A DNA stretch of 36,715 nt from an uncultured Candidatus Saccharibacteria bacterium (GTDB lineage: Bacteria; Patescibacteriota; Minisyncoccia; Phycocordibacterales; GWA1-40-21), in contig CAYQFQ010000005.1 of NCBI GenBank assembly GCA_964416925.1, forward strand, positions 1 to 36,715, given 5' to 3'. The notes beneath the pieces were generated by a model, which saw nothing but the letters and a program-made list of their open reading frames with translations, made no database searches and was not told the DNA's origin. This document shows positions 1-9,134 of this stretch, one piece after another (within the stretch, counting starts at the first letter, position 1; the number at the start of each line of letters is the position of its first letter). Both the position numbers and the translations under genes were made by a program.

Positions 1-8
1 TGTATTTT

Positions 9-1277
9 TTGGTTGCGAAAGAGCCAACCAGAAAATATTTTTGTAAATGGAATTACTTGGCCATATTTAAAAATAATCAATTGTTGGGTTATAACTCAAG
101 GTCAATTTCAGTAATGGGTGATAAAATCGTTCAAGATTTGTTGTCTGGGAATCGAGAGTATTTTGATGTTCTCAAGAAGATTTTGAATGATATCGAGTTT
201 GCCACGGAGCGCTGTTTAAATACTCGAAAGGAAAACAAGCTTGAGGATCTTGATTATTGGTGGAAATATGGGCAACAGGCTTTTAGTGACGGAGCGAATC
301 TGATTTTTGGATTTGATAACGCACTTAACGAATATCTTGAATCTCTTAAAATCAGTGACATTGGATTATATGAGGGTATAAAATCAAATATTGTTGAATC
401 AAGTGAGTCATTTATGACTTCAGCTCAGAAGGATTTGATAAGGCTTGTAGGAGAAAATCCTGGTGATTTCACTGAAGCCCATAGAAAGTTTATAGAGAAG
501 TATTCTTGGTTACAGAACTCTTACTTAGGCAAATTTGATATTACTGAGGAGTGGTGCAAAAAGATATATGAAGATAATAAGAATAAAAACGCCGTCAAAA
601 CTGAAGCTGAAAAACTACCTTTCGATAATAAATATAGCTTGCTTGTAGAGACTGCTATTTTTGCAATCACTTTCCGTGATGAAAGAAAAAAGATGTTTTT
701 GATGTTGATTGATTTGATGGATGAATGGTTAAAGAGAACTTGTGAAAAGAAGGGTTGGGAATACGACGATATGAAATGGCTATCTATGGGTGAAGTTCAG
801 CTATGTCTTGAAGGTAACATTGACCTTTTGGAAAGGGCAAAGAAATACTCTAAAGAAGAAAAAAGAATTGGTCTTATGAATGAAATAGGATTACTTGATA
901 TTGATGAAAAAACCTTTAAAGAAATAGAAGACTTGAATTCTCCAGAAAAAAACATTACTGAATTTAGAGGGACGATAGCAAGTAAGGGGGTGGTGAGAGG
1001 AATTGCCAGAATTGTTTTAGATGTAAATAATGATAGTGATAAATTAAAAGATGGGGATATTTTGGTTACTTCTATGACTCGACCGGAATATCTATCTCTT
1101 ATGGGTAAGGCTGCAGCTTTTGTCACAGATGAAGGTGGTTTAACTTGTCATGCCGGAATTGTAGCGAGAGAAATGAGGAAACCTTGTATTATCGGAACTA
1201 AAACTGGCACAAAAATTCTTAAGGACGGTGACTTTATTGAGGTTGATGCAAATAACGGAATAGTAAGAATTATTTAA
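9..1277 (+). CDS. PEP-utilizer phosphohistidine swivel-domain protein, paralog 1 of 7 (divergent helical N-domain); start at or just beyond window edge
   Basis: The C-terminus, TSMTRPEYLSLMGKAAAFVTDEGGLTCHAGIVAREMRKPCIIGT..VDANNGIVRII, matches the PpsA/PPDK/RPH swivel domain including the catalytic His. The frame is open to nt 3 and the ORF track starts at TTG 9. No ATP-grasp or TIM-barrel motifs were seen. Confidence 0.85.
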   Translation: MVAKEPTRKYFCKWNYLAIFKNNQLLGYNSRSISVMGDKIVQDLLSGNREYFDVLKKILNDIEFATERCLNTRKENKLEDLDYWWKYGQQAFSDGANLIFGFDNALNEYLESLKISDIGLYEGIKSNIVESSESFMTSAQKDLIRLVGENPGDFTEAHRKFIEKYSWLQNSYLGKFDITEEWCKKIYEDNKNKNAVKTEAEKLPFDNKYSLLVETAIFAITFRDERKKMFLMLIDLMDEWLKRTCEKKGWEYDDMKWLSMGEVQLCLEGNIDLLERAKKYSKEEKRIGLMNEIGLLDIDEKTFKEIEDLNSPEKNITEFRGTIASKGVVRGIARIVLDVNNDSDKLKDGDILVTSMTRPEYLSLMGKAAAFVTDEGGLTCHAGIVAREMRKPCIIGTKTGTKILKDGDFIEVDANNGIVRII

Positions 1278-1296
1278 ATAAAGTAATATATTAAGT

Positions 1297-2661
1297 ATGA
1301 ATGAAAATCCAGAAAATAATATTGAAGCTGTTTCTAAAGAAGCTCAGATAATAAGACTCAAAGAACGACTGGCTGAAATGATGCCTGTGATGTTAGAGCA
1401 ATATAAAACTCTTCATGAAAATCCTGAATTGGGTGGGGAAGAGTTTGAGACGGCAAAATTTATTAAAGATGCACTTGAGAAAATGGGGGTAAAGATTCTC
1501 GCAGAGGGTCTTGGGGGTGCTGGTATCATTGCTGAAATTGAGGGAAACAAGGAAGGACCGACGGTTGCGCTTAGAGCTGATATTGATGCATTGCAGATGT
1601 CAGAAAATCCTAATCATGAAGTTAAATCTAAAGTGCCAGGTAAAATGCACGCTTGCGGGCATGATATGCATACTGTTGGTTTATTAGGAGCTGCACAAGT
1701 ATTAAAAGAGATGGCTGATGGTGGAAAATTAGATGGAAATGTTGTTTTGATTTTCCAATCTAATGAAGAGAAGGCTGTTGATAAAAAAAGTGGATCTATC
1801 CCCGTTATTAAGTATTTAGAAGAAAGTGGAATACGAGATAGGATACAAGCCTTTTTTGCATTGCATGTGCTTGCTCTATTGGAAAGAGGCACTGTCGTAC
1901 TTACGAACCGTCTTCAATGGGCTGGTTCTAGCTTTGTCGAGGTTAAAATGAAAACAATTGGCGGTCACGGTAGTCAAGTAAAAGTACTACCAGATATTGA
2001 CTATATGCTTTCTGATATTAAGACAAAAGTTTCTGATACAATGGTTGAATATTGGGAGAAAGACGAAGCCGTCGTGGATTCTATGGCTCCAAAAACTACT
2101 TATGAAGCAGATAATATAATTTTGTCTTCTGGTGGTCGCTCTTGGGCAATACGTATTCTCTCAGAGGACTATAAAAAGATCTCAAGTGATATTCAGGATA
2201 AGATTAAGAAAATAATCCAGGAATCAGTCTCTTCTCATATTAAAAAGACAATTGAAAGGGCCGAGAAAAAAGGCGAAAAGAGAAAACCTTCTGACTACGA
2301 TGTAGATCTAGATATTTCCATTAGACCAAACACAAGACCGACCATTCATCGCGATATTAATATGGTTAATATAGTTGGTGACTCCGCGTCGGAAACTTTA
2401 GATAACTTTAAGAGAGTGGATATGAAAAGTTTGGCAACAGATGATTTTTCGTATTTTCTTGAGGAATTTAGAGGTTTAGAGATACCTGGTGTTTATATGG
2501 CAATAGGTGGTGCAAATAGTGAAAAAGGTTTTCCTAATACCCCACAACATTCACCTAACTTTGCAGTTGATCCGAACTCAATGGCTGATTTAGCCTCTGT
2601 TCATGTTGAGACAGTAAAAAATGCTTTAGATTATTTTAATTTTAAAAATAAAACGGTTTAA
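1297..2661 (+). CDS. M20D-family amidohydrolase (aminoacylase / hippurate hydrolase-like)
   Basis: Contains the MHACGHDMH metal-ligand motif, LRADIDALQM and PELGGEEFETAKFI. A Lys-rich insert (KKTIERAEKKGEKRKP) makes it longer than typical. It sits 19 nt after paralog 1. Confidence 0.8.
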   Translation: MNENPENNIEAVSKEAQIIRLKERLAEMMPVMLEQYKTLHENPELGGEEFETAKFIKDALEKMGVKILAEGLGGAGIIAEIEGNKEGPTVALRADIDALQMSENPNHEVKSKVPGKMHACGHDMHTVGLLGAAQVLKEMADGGKLDGNVVLIFQSNEEKAVDKKSGSIPVIKYLEESGIRDRIQAFFALHVLALLERGTVVLTNRLQWAGSSFVEVKMKTIGGHGSQVKVLPDIDYMLSDIKTKVSDTMVEYWEKDEAVVDSMAPKTTYEADNIILSSGGRSWAIRILSEDYKKISSDIQDKIKKIIQESVSSHIKKTIERAEKKGEKRKPSDYDVDLDISIRPNTRPTIHRDINMVNIVGDSASETLDNFKRVDMKSLATDDFSYFLEEFRGLEIPGVYMAIGGANSEKGFPNTPQHSPNFAVDPNSMADLASVHVETVKNALDYFNFKNKTV

Positions 2662-2681
2662 ATTTGCTGAATAATAACCAT

Positions 2682-4073
2682 ATGCAAGGAAGATACTTTA
2701 AAAAATTTGTCGGAATGAATAGTATTTTTTCTGTTCAAACAAACGCTATAATAGCCATTAATAATTTGGCTGATACCCCGTTTGTTATAGACGAGAAAGT
2801 TTTTTATAAAGAAGGATCTATCGTCGCTTATATGTTTCAAAGCGATATTGATAGAATTAGGAAATTTGTATTTACGAATTTATCGACAAATCCAAGCTAT
2901 CTAAATGATATTTATAAAAATACAACAATTAAGTTTGACGATTTTAACGAGAAACATGATCAAAGGTTAGCAGAAATTGATGGTATTAATGAGGCTCGAG
3001 AACTCCGAAAATGGATCAAAAAATTTTTAGATGAGATAATCGACATGCAAAGTCCTGCATACCTTGCAGAGCTTTTTGTTGGTTATGATGAATTCTGGCC
3101 AAATTATGTTGGTATATCAAAAAATGATTTTGATATTTTAATGACACCAGAGGAACTAAGCTACTCAAAAGAATATGATTTTGCTTTATCGTGTATCAAA
3201 TTGGGTAAGTCAAAAATGACGATTAAAGAGCTTATTTCAAAATATTATTGGGTTCGTGGTAATTATTCTGAAGTAAAGCCTTTGATTGAAAGTGATATTG
3301 TTTTTGATTTAGAAAAAATGACAGTTTCTGAAGCAGAAAATCATTATAAAGAAACTCAAGATTATATTCCAAGTATTATAGAGAAGAAAAAAGATATATG
3401 GAATAAAATAAAAGATGATAGCTTAAGATCTTTGGTGTCTGCCATATCTTCTTTTATTGTTTTACAAGATAAGAGAAAAGCCATAATACAGAAAACGAGT
3501 TTTATTTTTCTTAAGGCTGTTAATAAATTACTAGATCTATATGATTGTGATGATGAAGAGAAGAAGATAATTGTTTCTGCTGGATATCCACCATGGTTTG
3601 TCGAGATGGAAAAAGGTGAACTACTTGAGATGAGCAGAGAAGCATTCAAATGTTTTTATTTGCCTTTTTCTGGAAAAATATTGGTTGGTGATGAGGCTTT
3701 AAAAATATATAAAGAAGAAGAGGAAAAAGAATTTAGAAATGATAATTTGGTGAAAGGGAAAACTGCCTTTGCTGGCGTCGCGACGGGGAAAGTTAGAATT
3801 ATTTTGGCGACCACTGATTTTGATAAATTTGTTGAAGGAGAGATATTGGTTACTTTTATGACGCGACCCGAATTTGTGCCACTAATAAAAAAGTCTGCTG
3901 GTGTAATTACTGATGAGGGTGGAATAACATGTCACGCTGCCATTGTTACAAGGGAACTTAAAAAGCCTTGTATAATCGGGACAAGAAATGCTACTAGTAT
4001 TTTGAAGGATGGTGATCTTGTAGAAGTTGATGCAAATAATGGAGTAGTGAAAATATTAAAGAAAAATGAATAA
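2682..4073 (+). CDS. PEP-utilizer swivel-domain protein, paralog 2
   Basis: The C-terminus is VTFMTRPEFVPLIKKSAGVITDEGGITCHAAIVTRELKKPCIIGTRNAT..VDANNGVVKIL. I chose ATG 2682; TTG 2664 is the alternative start. Confidence 0.85.
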   Translation: MQGRYFKKFVGMNSIFSVQTNAIIAINNLADTPFVIDEKVFYKEGSIVAYMFQSDIDRIRKFVFTNLSTNPSYLNDIYKNTTIKFDDFNEKHDQRLAEIDGINEARELRKWIKKFLDEIIDMQSPAYLAELFVGYDEFWPNYVGISKNDFDILMTPEELSYSKEYDFALSCIKLGKSKMTIKELISKYYWVRGNYSEVKPLIESDIVFDLEKMTVSEAENHYKETQDYIPSIIEKKKDIWNKIKDDSLRSLVSAISSFIVLQDKRKAIIQKTSFIFLKAVNKLLDLYDCDDEEKKIIVSAGYPPWFVEMEKGELLEMSREAFKCFYLPFSGKILVGDEALKIYKEEEEKEFRNDNLVKGKTAFAGVATGKVRIILATTDFDKFVEGEILVTFMTRPEFVPLIKKSAGVITDEGGITCHAAIVTRELKKPCIIGTRNATSILKDGDLVEVDANNGVVKILKKNE

Positions 4074-5499
4074 TTTAAATCAGAAAAATTTGGTTGAACA
4101 GTTTATAGATGGAATTGATGGCCAGCAAATTATTATGTTTGATGCTGCTTTTTTACCGTTTACCATTTTTTTTTATTGTTTGTCATATTATGATTCTTTG
4201 GGAAATATTAATGAAGTTAAACCTCTATTTCTACATAAAATGCCCAATGGTATGTCCAAAGGCTACATTAATGATTCGCAATACTCTAGAGCTGCTGAGG
4301 AGGGATTGAAATCGTATCTAAATGATAATAAATATATTGTCCGTGTTGAGAGTAGATATCATGAACTAACTTCTGATATAGATTTTGAGTATGTATCTAT
4401 TTTTGAAAATAACCCCGTGATGTCTGAAGAGGAAACAATGCTACTGGTCAAAAAACTTCATAAAGAGCTTGTAGAGATGACAGTTATAACATTACCGATT
4501 GAAAGAGTTGATAAGGCAATAATATCAAAAATTTGCGGGTCATCTGTGGATTTAGAAAAAGTTTGGAAAATATCAGAACTACCATCATTTGAGTCTTTTG
4601 AAATTAAAAATTCTAGGTATATATTAGAGGTCTTAAATAATAAAAAAAATATAGATTTACTTAGATATATACATTCAAGTTATACGTTTTTGCCATCGAA
4701 GCAGGATGTTGAGTCAGAAGTATTGAAAGTTAATCAGAATGATTTAGTCCAGAGAATTAAAGAATCGGAAGAGCTTGTCTTGGAAAATAAAGAAAAAAGA
4801 GATTTAGAAATAAAGTCTCTTAATGATAAGGAGAGAGAAATATTGCAATATATTGATTGGGTTATGCAGACCAGAGATGATAGAAAAGCATATATTTGTA
4901 AATCAGAAATTCAATTAGCCGTCTTGTGCCAAAAATTGTTCTTGATTTGGGGCTTAGACCCAAATTTAGTCGCTTATGCAAGTATTTTAGAAATCGTAAA
5001 AGGAAAAGACTATGTTGTTGCGAATATTAATAAGATAAAAGCAAGGATGAGTCCTCTGGGCTATACTTTGTTATACCTCGGCGATAATTCAGAGATTGTT
5101 CAATCAACTGATGATTTGTCCGCGGATATTAAGAGGCTTGATGATATTGTAATGAAACAGCATGTAAGTGAGGAAGTAAACATTTTAAAAGGAGAAGTCG
5201 GATCACGTGGAAAGGTAACTGGAACTGTTCGTATTATTTTATCTCCAAGTGAATTTGGTAATTTCAAAAAAGGAGAAGTGCTAGTTGCGCCCATGACACG
5301 ACCTGAGTATGTTCCGCTTATGAGACAATCAATAGCCATAGTTACAGATGAGGGAGGTATAACATGTCACGCAGCTATTGTGTCTCGAGAGCTAAAATTG
5401 CCTTGTATTATTGGTACAAAGATTGCAACAAAGGTGTTGAAAGATGGTGATCTTGTGGAAGTGGATGCGAACTTAGGTGTTATAAAGATAATAAAATGA
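4066..5499 (+). CDS. PEP-utilizer swivel-domain protein, paralog 3
   Basis: The C-terminus is VAPMTRPEYVPLMRQSIAIVTDEGGITCHAAIVSRELKLPCIIGTKIAT..VDANLGVIKIIK. It overlaps the upstream gene by 8 nt. Confidence 0.88.
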   Translation: MNNLNQKNLVEQFIDGIDGQQIIMFDAAFLPFTIFFYCLSYYDSLGNINEVKPLFLHKMPNGMSKGYINDSQYSRAAEEGLKSYLNDNKYIVRVESRYHELTSDIDFEYVSIFENNPVMSEEETMLLVKKLHKELVEMTVITLPIERVDKAIISKICGSSVDLEKVWKISELPSFESFEIKNSRYILEVLNNKKNIDLLRYIHSSYTFLPSKQDVESEVLKVNQNDLVQRIKESEELVLENKEKRDLEIKSLNDKEREILQYIDWVMQTRDDRKAYICKSEIQLAVLCQKLFLIWGLDPNLVAYASILEIVKGKDYVVANINKIKARMSPLGYTLLYLGDNSEIVQSTDDLSADIKRLDDIVMKQHVSEEVNILKGEVGSRGKVTGTVRIILSPSEFGNFKKGEVLVAPMTRPEYVPLMRQSIAIVTDEGGITCHAAIVSRELKLPCIIGTKIATKVLKDGDLVEVDANLGVIKIIK

Positions 5500-6611
5500 T
5501 TAGTTTTGAGGGAATCGATAATATTTTGGAATCAAATGGTTTGAATCCTGTTTCCCAAAGAGAGATGCCACTCTATTCACTTTCGTGTACATTTTTCGGT
5601 TATACAAAATTACTAAAAGAAATATTAGGCTATTCTTATGATGTCGTTGCGGCTATTGGGGGAGAAGGAAAATTCCATTCTTTATTTAACGAATCACAAA
5701 TATCACAAGAGACCGGAAAATATGTTGATAGACACTACGTGTCACTTAATAAGCTAGTTATTGAACCGGCGGAAAATATTTTTAATAATTGTCTTGTTGA
5801 GTTTGCTGAGATTGATGGCAAGGATGTTGAACCAATAGATGGATTGAGAATTATTAACCGTGTTTATCCTCAATATATATCTTGTATGGCAATATATAAT
5901 TGTTTTTGGAGATATATTGGTAATGAATCTACAAAAGGTAAACTCACTGAACAAGATGTAAAAAATATTTCAGGGCTAAGAGATAGGACGGCCAAATTTT
6001 ATCCGAAAATTGAGAAGTTAATTAAAGATTATAGCGAACAACTTGGTACTAGAGAAAATTTTGATGGTGATTTGTTAAGATATTTTACTTACTCTGAAAT
6101 GACTAAATTTTTGGATGGGGAATTAAAGATTACGGAGGAAATTTTAAAAGAATTATTAAAGAGAAGAGAAAAATATTTTTATTTATATACAATAGATTCA
6201 CGGGAGGAATTAATTACAGATAAAACAGTTATTGAAAAGATTTATAATAAGTTCTACTTAGTTAAAGAGGAGGTAAAAGAAATTAAAGGTTTTTCTGCTT
6301 ACAAAGGCATTGTCAGAGGGGAGGTTTTTAATTTACAAAATCATAAAAAGGAGGAATCTCTGGGTCTATCAAAAGGTTGTATACTAGTAACTAGTATGAC
6401 CCATCCAGACGATGTTGCGATGATTAAAGATTGTGTCGCCATTGTTACGGATGAAGGGGGAATTTTGAGTCATGCAGCTATTGTTGCAAGAGAACTAAAG
6501 AAACCATGTATAATTGGTTCAAAGATTTCGACTCAATTACTTCGGGACGGAGATTTTGTTGAAGTTGACGCAAATTTAGGTATTATAAAGATAATTAAGA
6601 AAAATGAGTAA
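5496..6611 (+). CDS. PEP-utilizer swivel-domain protein, paralog 4 (short N-domain, LSH variant)
   Basis: The C-terminus is VTSMTHPDDVAMIKDCVAIVTDEGGILSHAAIVARELKKPCIIGSKIST..VDANLGIIKII. An ATGA overlap of 4 nt joins it to paralog 3. Confidence 0.88.
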   Translation: MISFEGIDNILESNGLNPVSQREMPLYSLSCTFFGYTKLLKEILGYSYDVVAAIGGEGKFHSLFNESQISQETGKYVDRHYVSLNKLVIEPAENIFNNCLVEFAEIDGKDVEPIDGLRIINRVYPQYISCMAIYNCFWRYIGNESTKGKLTEQDVKNISGLRDRTAKFYPKIEKLIKDYSEQLGTRENFDGDLLRYFTYSEMTKFLDGELKITEEILKELLKRREKYFYLYTIDSREELITDKTVIEKIYNKFYLVKEEVKEIKGFSAYKGIVRGEVFNLQNHKKEESLGLSKGCILVTSMTHPDDVAMIKDCVAIVTDEGGILSHAAIVARELKKPCIIGSKISTQLLRDGDFVEVDANLGIIKIIKKNE

Positions 6612-8043
6612 GATAATAGAACAATTTGCAAAATATAATAAGGGTAGGGAGATAACTAAACAGGAGGGAAATTTCTCTTTGTGTATTTGGGGTTCTTCTC
6701 CAATAGGGTGTTATCCTCCGTATTCTAATCTATATTACAGTCAAGATTTTGGTCATATCATTTTTTTAATGAAAGATGACTTTGGTGCGGGGTTCTTTAG
6801 TCTTGATGATTATAAAAAACCTACAAGAGAGACTTTTGAAAAATATTTACTTTTGGAGTCAGGACAACAACTTCTGGTGTTGAAAGATTTTTATCTGCTT
6901 CAAGAACAAGTCGATCTAATGTATAGAGAGATTGGACCGAGTGTGCTTTCCGAGATGGATACTGATTTACTCATTGAAAAGATAAAAATATTATTTAATC
7001 TTTGGTTCAGATTTGAAACAACAACCTTATTTTCAGAATCATTGGATGAAAAATTAGTTAAAGAATTATATTTTAATCTTAACGGTGATGAAAAAGAATT
7101 TGATACTTTCTTTCATAATAGCTCACTCTTAACTTTTAGATCTTTTGCTTCAAGGTATGATGAAGCACTACTGAAATTTAATAAAGATTCAATTTATGAT
7201 ATCCAGTGGATTCTTGGTAATTACTTAGCCACACCCAATTTAAAAGATTGTGCAAAGCAAATACAAAATCTAATTTCTGAAAGAGGTGGCACATCCGCTA
7301 TTCTTTTTGATATGGCCAAACTTGATGCACAAATAAATATTAATCAAAAAATTACGAGTGGTTATAAAACAAACCTAAATGACGAGCTCGCGAAGCTTTT
7401 TGAATTTGATCAGTTGTGTATGTATATAAGGGATATTAGAAAGGACCATCTTATGAAAGGAATTACAATCATTTCAAATTGTTTGCGAGAGTTGTTTCCA
7501 CGTTTAGGTTTGAAAGAGGAAGAAATAGTTTTTTTCTTTTATCCTGACCTTATAGATGGAAGTTTAAAATCTGATAATTATATTCATATTATTAATAAGC
7601 GAAAGAAAGGTTTTCTGGTGGATTTTGACAAAGAGGGTATCAAGACTGAGTATGGCGATGGGCAAGAACTCTTGAGTGAACTGTATGCAGTTATGGATAA
7701 TAGTTTTGCTGCTCACGAGAAAAATACTATTCACGGTAATATTGGATGTAAAGGAAAGGTACAAGCTGAAGTCTGTGTTGTTTTAGATAAAAAAGATTTT
7801 GATAAATTTAAAGATGGGGATGTTCTTGTCACAAGTATGACTCGTCCAGAATTTGTTCCTCTTATGAAGAAAGCGAGTGCGGTCATTACAGATGAGGGCG
7901 GAATAACATGTCACGCGGCAATAATAAGTAGAGAGCTTTGTATTCCTTGTATTATAGGGACCAGGAACGCCACTCGTTTACTTCATGATGGAGATTTGGT
8001 TGAGGTTGATGCGGAAAAAGGAATCGTGACAATTGTAAAGTAA
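6604..8043 (+). CDS. PEP-utilizer swivel-domain protein, paralog 5
   Basis: The C-terminus is VTSMTRPEFVPLMKKASAVITDEGGITCHAAIISRELCIPCIIGTRNATRLLHDGDLVEVDAEKGIV. It overlaps paralog 4 by 8 nt. Confidence 0.88.
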   Translation: MSKIIEQFAKYNKGREITKQEGNFSLCIWGSSPIGCYPPYSNLYYSQDFGHIIFLMKDDFGAGFFSLDDYKKPTRETFEKYLLLESGQQLLVLKDFYLLQEQVDLMYREIGPSVLSEMDTDLLIEKIKILFNLWFRFETTTLFSESLDEKLVKELYFNLNGDEKEFDTFFHNSSLLTFRSFASRYDEALLKFNKDSIYDIQWILGNYLATPNLKDCAKQIQNLISERGGTSAILFDMAKLDAQININQKITSGYKTNLNDELAKLFEFDQLCMYIRDIRKDHLMKGITIISNCLRELFPRLGLKEEEIVFFFYPDLIDGSLKSDNYIHIINKRKKGFLVDFDKEGIKTEYGDGQELLSELYAVMDNSFAAHEKNTIHGNIGCKGKVQAEVCVVLDKKDFDKFKDGDVLVTSMTRPEFVPLMKKASAVITDEGGITCHAAIISRELCIPCIIGTRNATRLLHDGDLVEVDAEKGIVTIVK

Positions 8044-8057
8044 TAATCTTTAATTTT

Positions 8058-9134
8058 ATGAATGAAAAATATGAAAAAAGCTTGGAACGAAAGAATTATC
8101 TTTTTACATTTGTGATTTCATTATGGTCTCATGGATTACTGCTCAAGAATAATCTCGGTGTCGGTTTTATGAAGTCCATTGTTACATACAAGGACGATAT
8201 GGGGATTTTATATCACAGCACAGAGGATATAAAAGAGGTAGAAAATGCACTATGGAAATTAGTTAAGAAGGGTGATCCTTTTTTAGATGCTTGGTACAAA
8301 AAAGCTATTGATTTAAATTCAAAATCTGATTTGTTAATTAGCACTAACAGTTTTACTACTGACGCTGAATCACTTGATGCGTTCATCGGTCATTTTAAGG
8401 AAACCTTTTTATATTCAACAGTTATTCCATATTGGGTACTTGCAGTTTTTAATAAACAAATTGAATTAGGACAGGATGTCTCTATCTATAGTGAGATAAT
8501 GAATAAGTTTGAAGAATTGAGAGGGCAGACACGATACCCTCAGCTTGTTTCTTCGGTTCTTGATAGATATTTTGATAAGGTATTTGAGATGACCAATATT
8601 GAAATTGCGCTACTAAGGTTACTTGCCCCAGAAGAACTGTTGAATTTTTTCTTAGGTAAGACAAAAATTGACGAAAAAGCTCTAAAGGAGAGACAAACAT
8701 GGTGTCTTTTAAAAAACGATTCAACTGATTTTGGTCTACTTTTTGATTACGATAAAGCAGGATTGTTTTCAACTTTAATTCCTAAAAGCGAAGATATTAA
8801 TGATGTTAAATCACTTAAAGGAAGTATTGCTTTTCGTGGTTACACTAAAGGTACTGTGAAAATTATTAATACCTTGAGTGATATAGAAAAGTTTAACGAT
8901 GGCGATATTCTTGTTTCAATAAATACAAATCCATCATTGATGCCTGCGATTATAAAATGCTCAGGAATAATAACTGATGAGGGTGGAGTAATGTGCCATG
9001 CTTCCATTATTGCTCGAGAATTGAAGAAGCCATGTATTATCGGTACAAAAAATGCCACTCGTGTACTTCACGATGGTGACTTAGTTGAGGTAGATGCCGA
9101 AAAGGGGATAGTAAGAATAATTAAACAGGAATAA
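8058..9134 (+). CDS. PEP-utilizer swivel-domain protein, paralog 6 (short N-domain)
   Basis: The C-terminus is VSINTNPSLMPAIIKCSGIITDEGGVMCHASIIARELKKPCIIGTKNATRVLHDGDLVEVDAEKGIV. It is the last gene of the co-directional run. Confidence 0.85.
   Translation: MNEKYEKSLERKNYLFTFVISLWSHGLLLKNNLGVGFMKSIVTYKDDMGILYHSTEDIKEVENALWKLVKKGDPFLDAWYKKAIDLNSKSDLLISTNSFTTDAESLDAFIGHFKETFLYSTVIPYWVLAVFNKQIELGQDVSIYSEIMNKFEELRGQTRYPQLVSSVLDRYFDKVFEMTNIEIALLRLLAPEELLNFFLGKTKIDEKALKERQTWCLLKNDSTDFGLLFDYDKAGLFSTLIPKSEDINDVKSLKGSIAFRGYTKGTVKIINTLSDIEKFNDGDILVSINTNPSLMPAIIKCSGIITDEGGVMCHASIIARELKKPCIIGTKNATRVLHDGDLVEVDAEKGIVRIIKQE

Noticed and set aside
797-1126. Minus-strand ORFs antisense to the swivel-domain, coiled-coil and other large genes (for example 797-1126, 1614-1892, 3362-3649, 5100-5339, 15840-16298 and 19098-19403).
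   Set aside because: They lie entirely inside well-supported + strand genes that have recognisable motifs. Their products are low-complexity Ser/Leu/Phe-rich mirror translations, and none has independent start or terminator signals.
4109-4309. A 66-aa + strand ORF in an alternative frame inside paralog 3, and similar small ORFs (10834-11025, 9758-9988).
   Set aside because: They are embedded in, or overlap, better-supported genes or AT-rich spacer. Their sequences are hydrophobic and low-complexity, with no independent signals.
4066-5499. An alternative genetic code (UGA recoding, as in Gracilibacteria/SR1 or mycoplasmas), given the low G+C and CPR-like appearance.
   Set aside because: TGA terminates paralog 3 (ATA AAA TGA at 5491-5499) at exactly the position where the other paralogs end with TAA. 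No conserved domain is interrupted by in-frame TGA.
1000-9134. A quasi-periodic recurrence of a conserved ~250-nt segment every 1.1-1.4 kb, which might suggest a CRISPR-like or satellite array.
   Set aside because: The repeats are the coding C-terminal domains of paralogous genes. Their synonymous sites are diverged, their spacing is irregular, and there are no short direct repeats or spacers.
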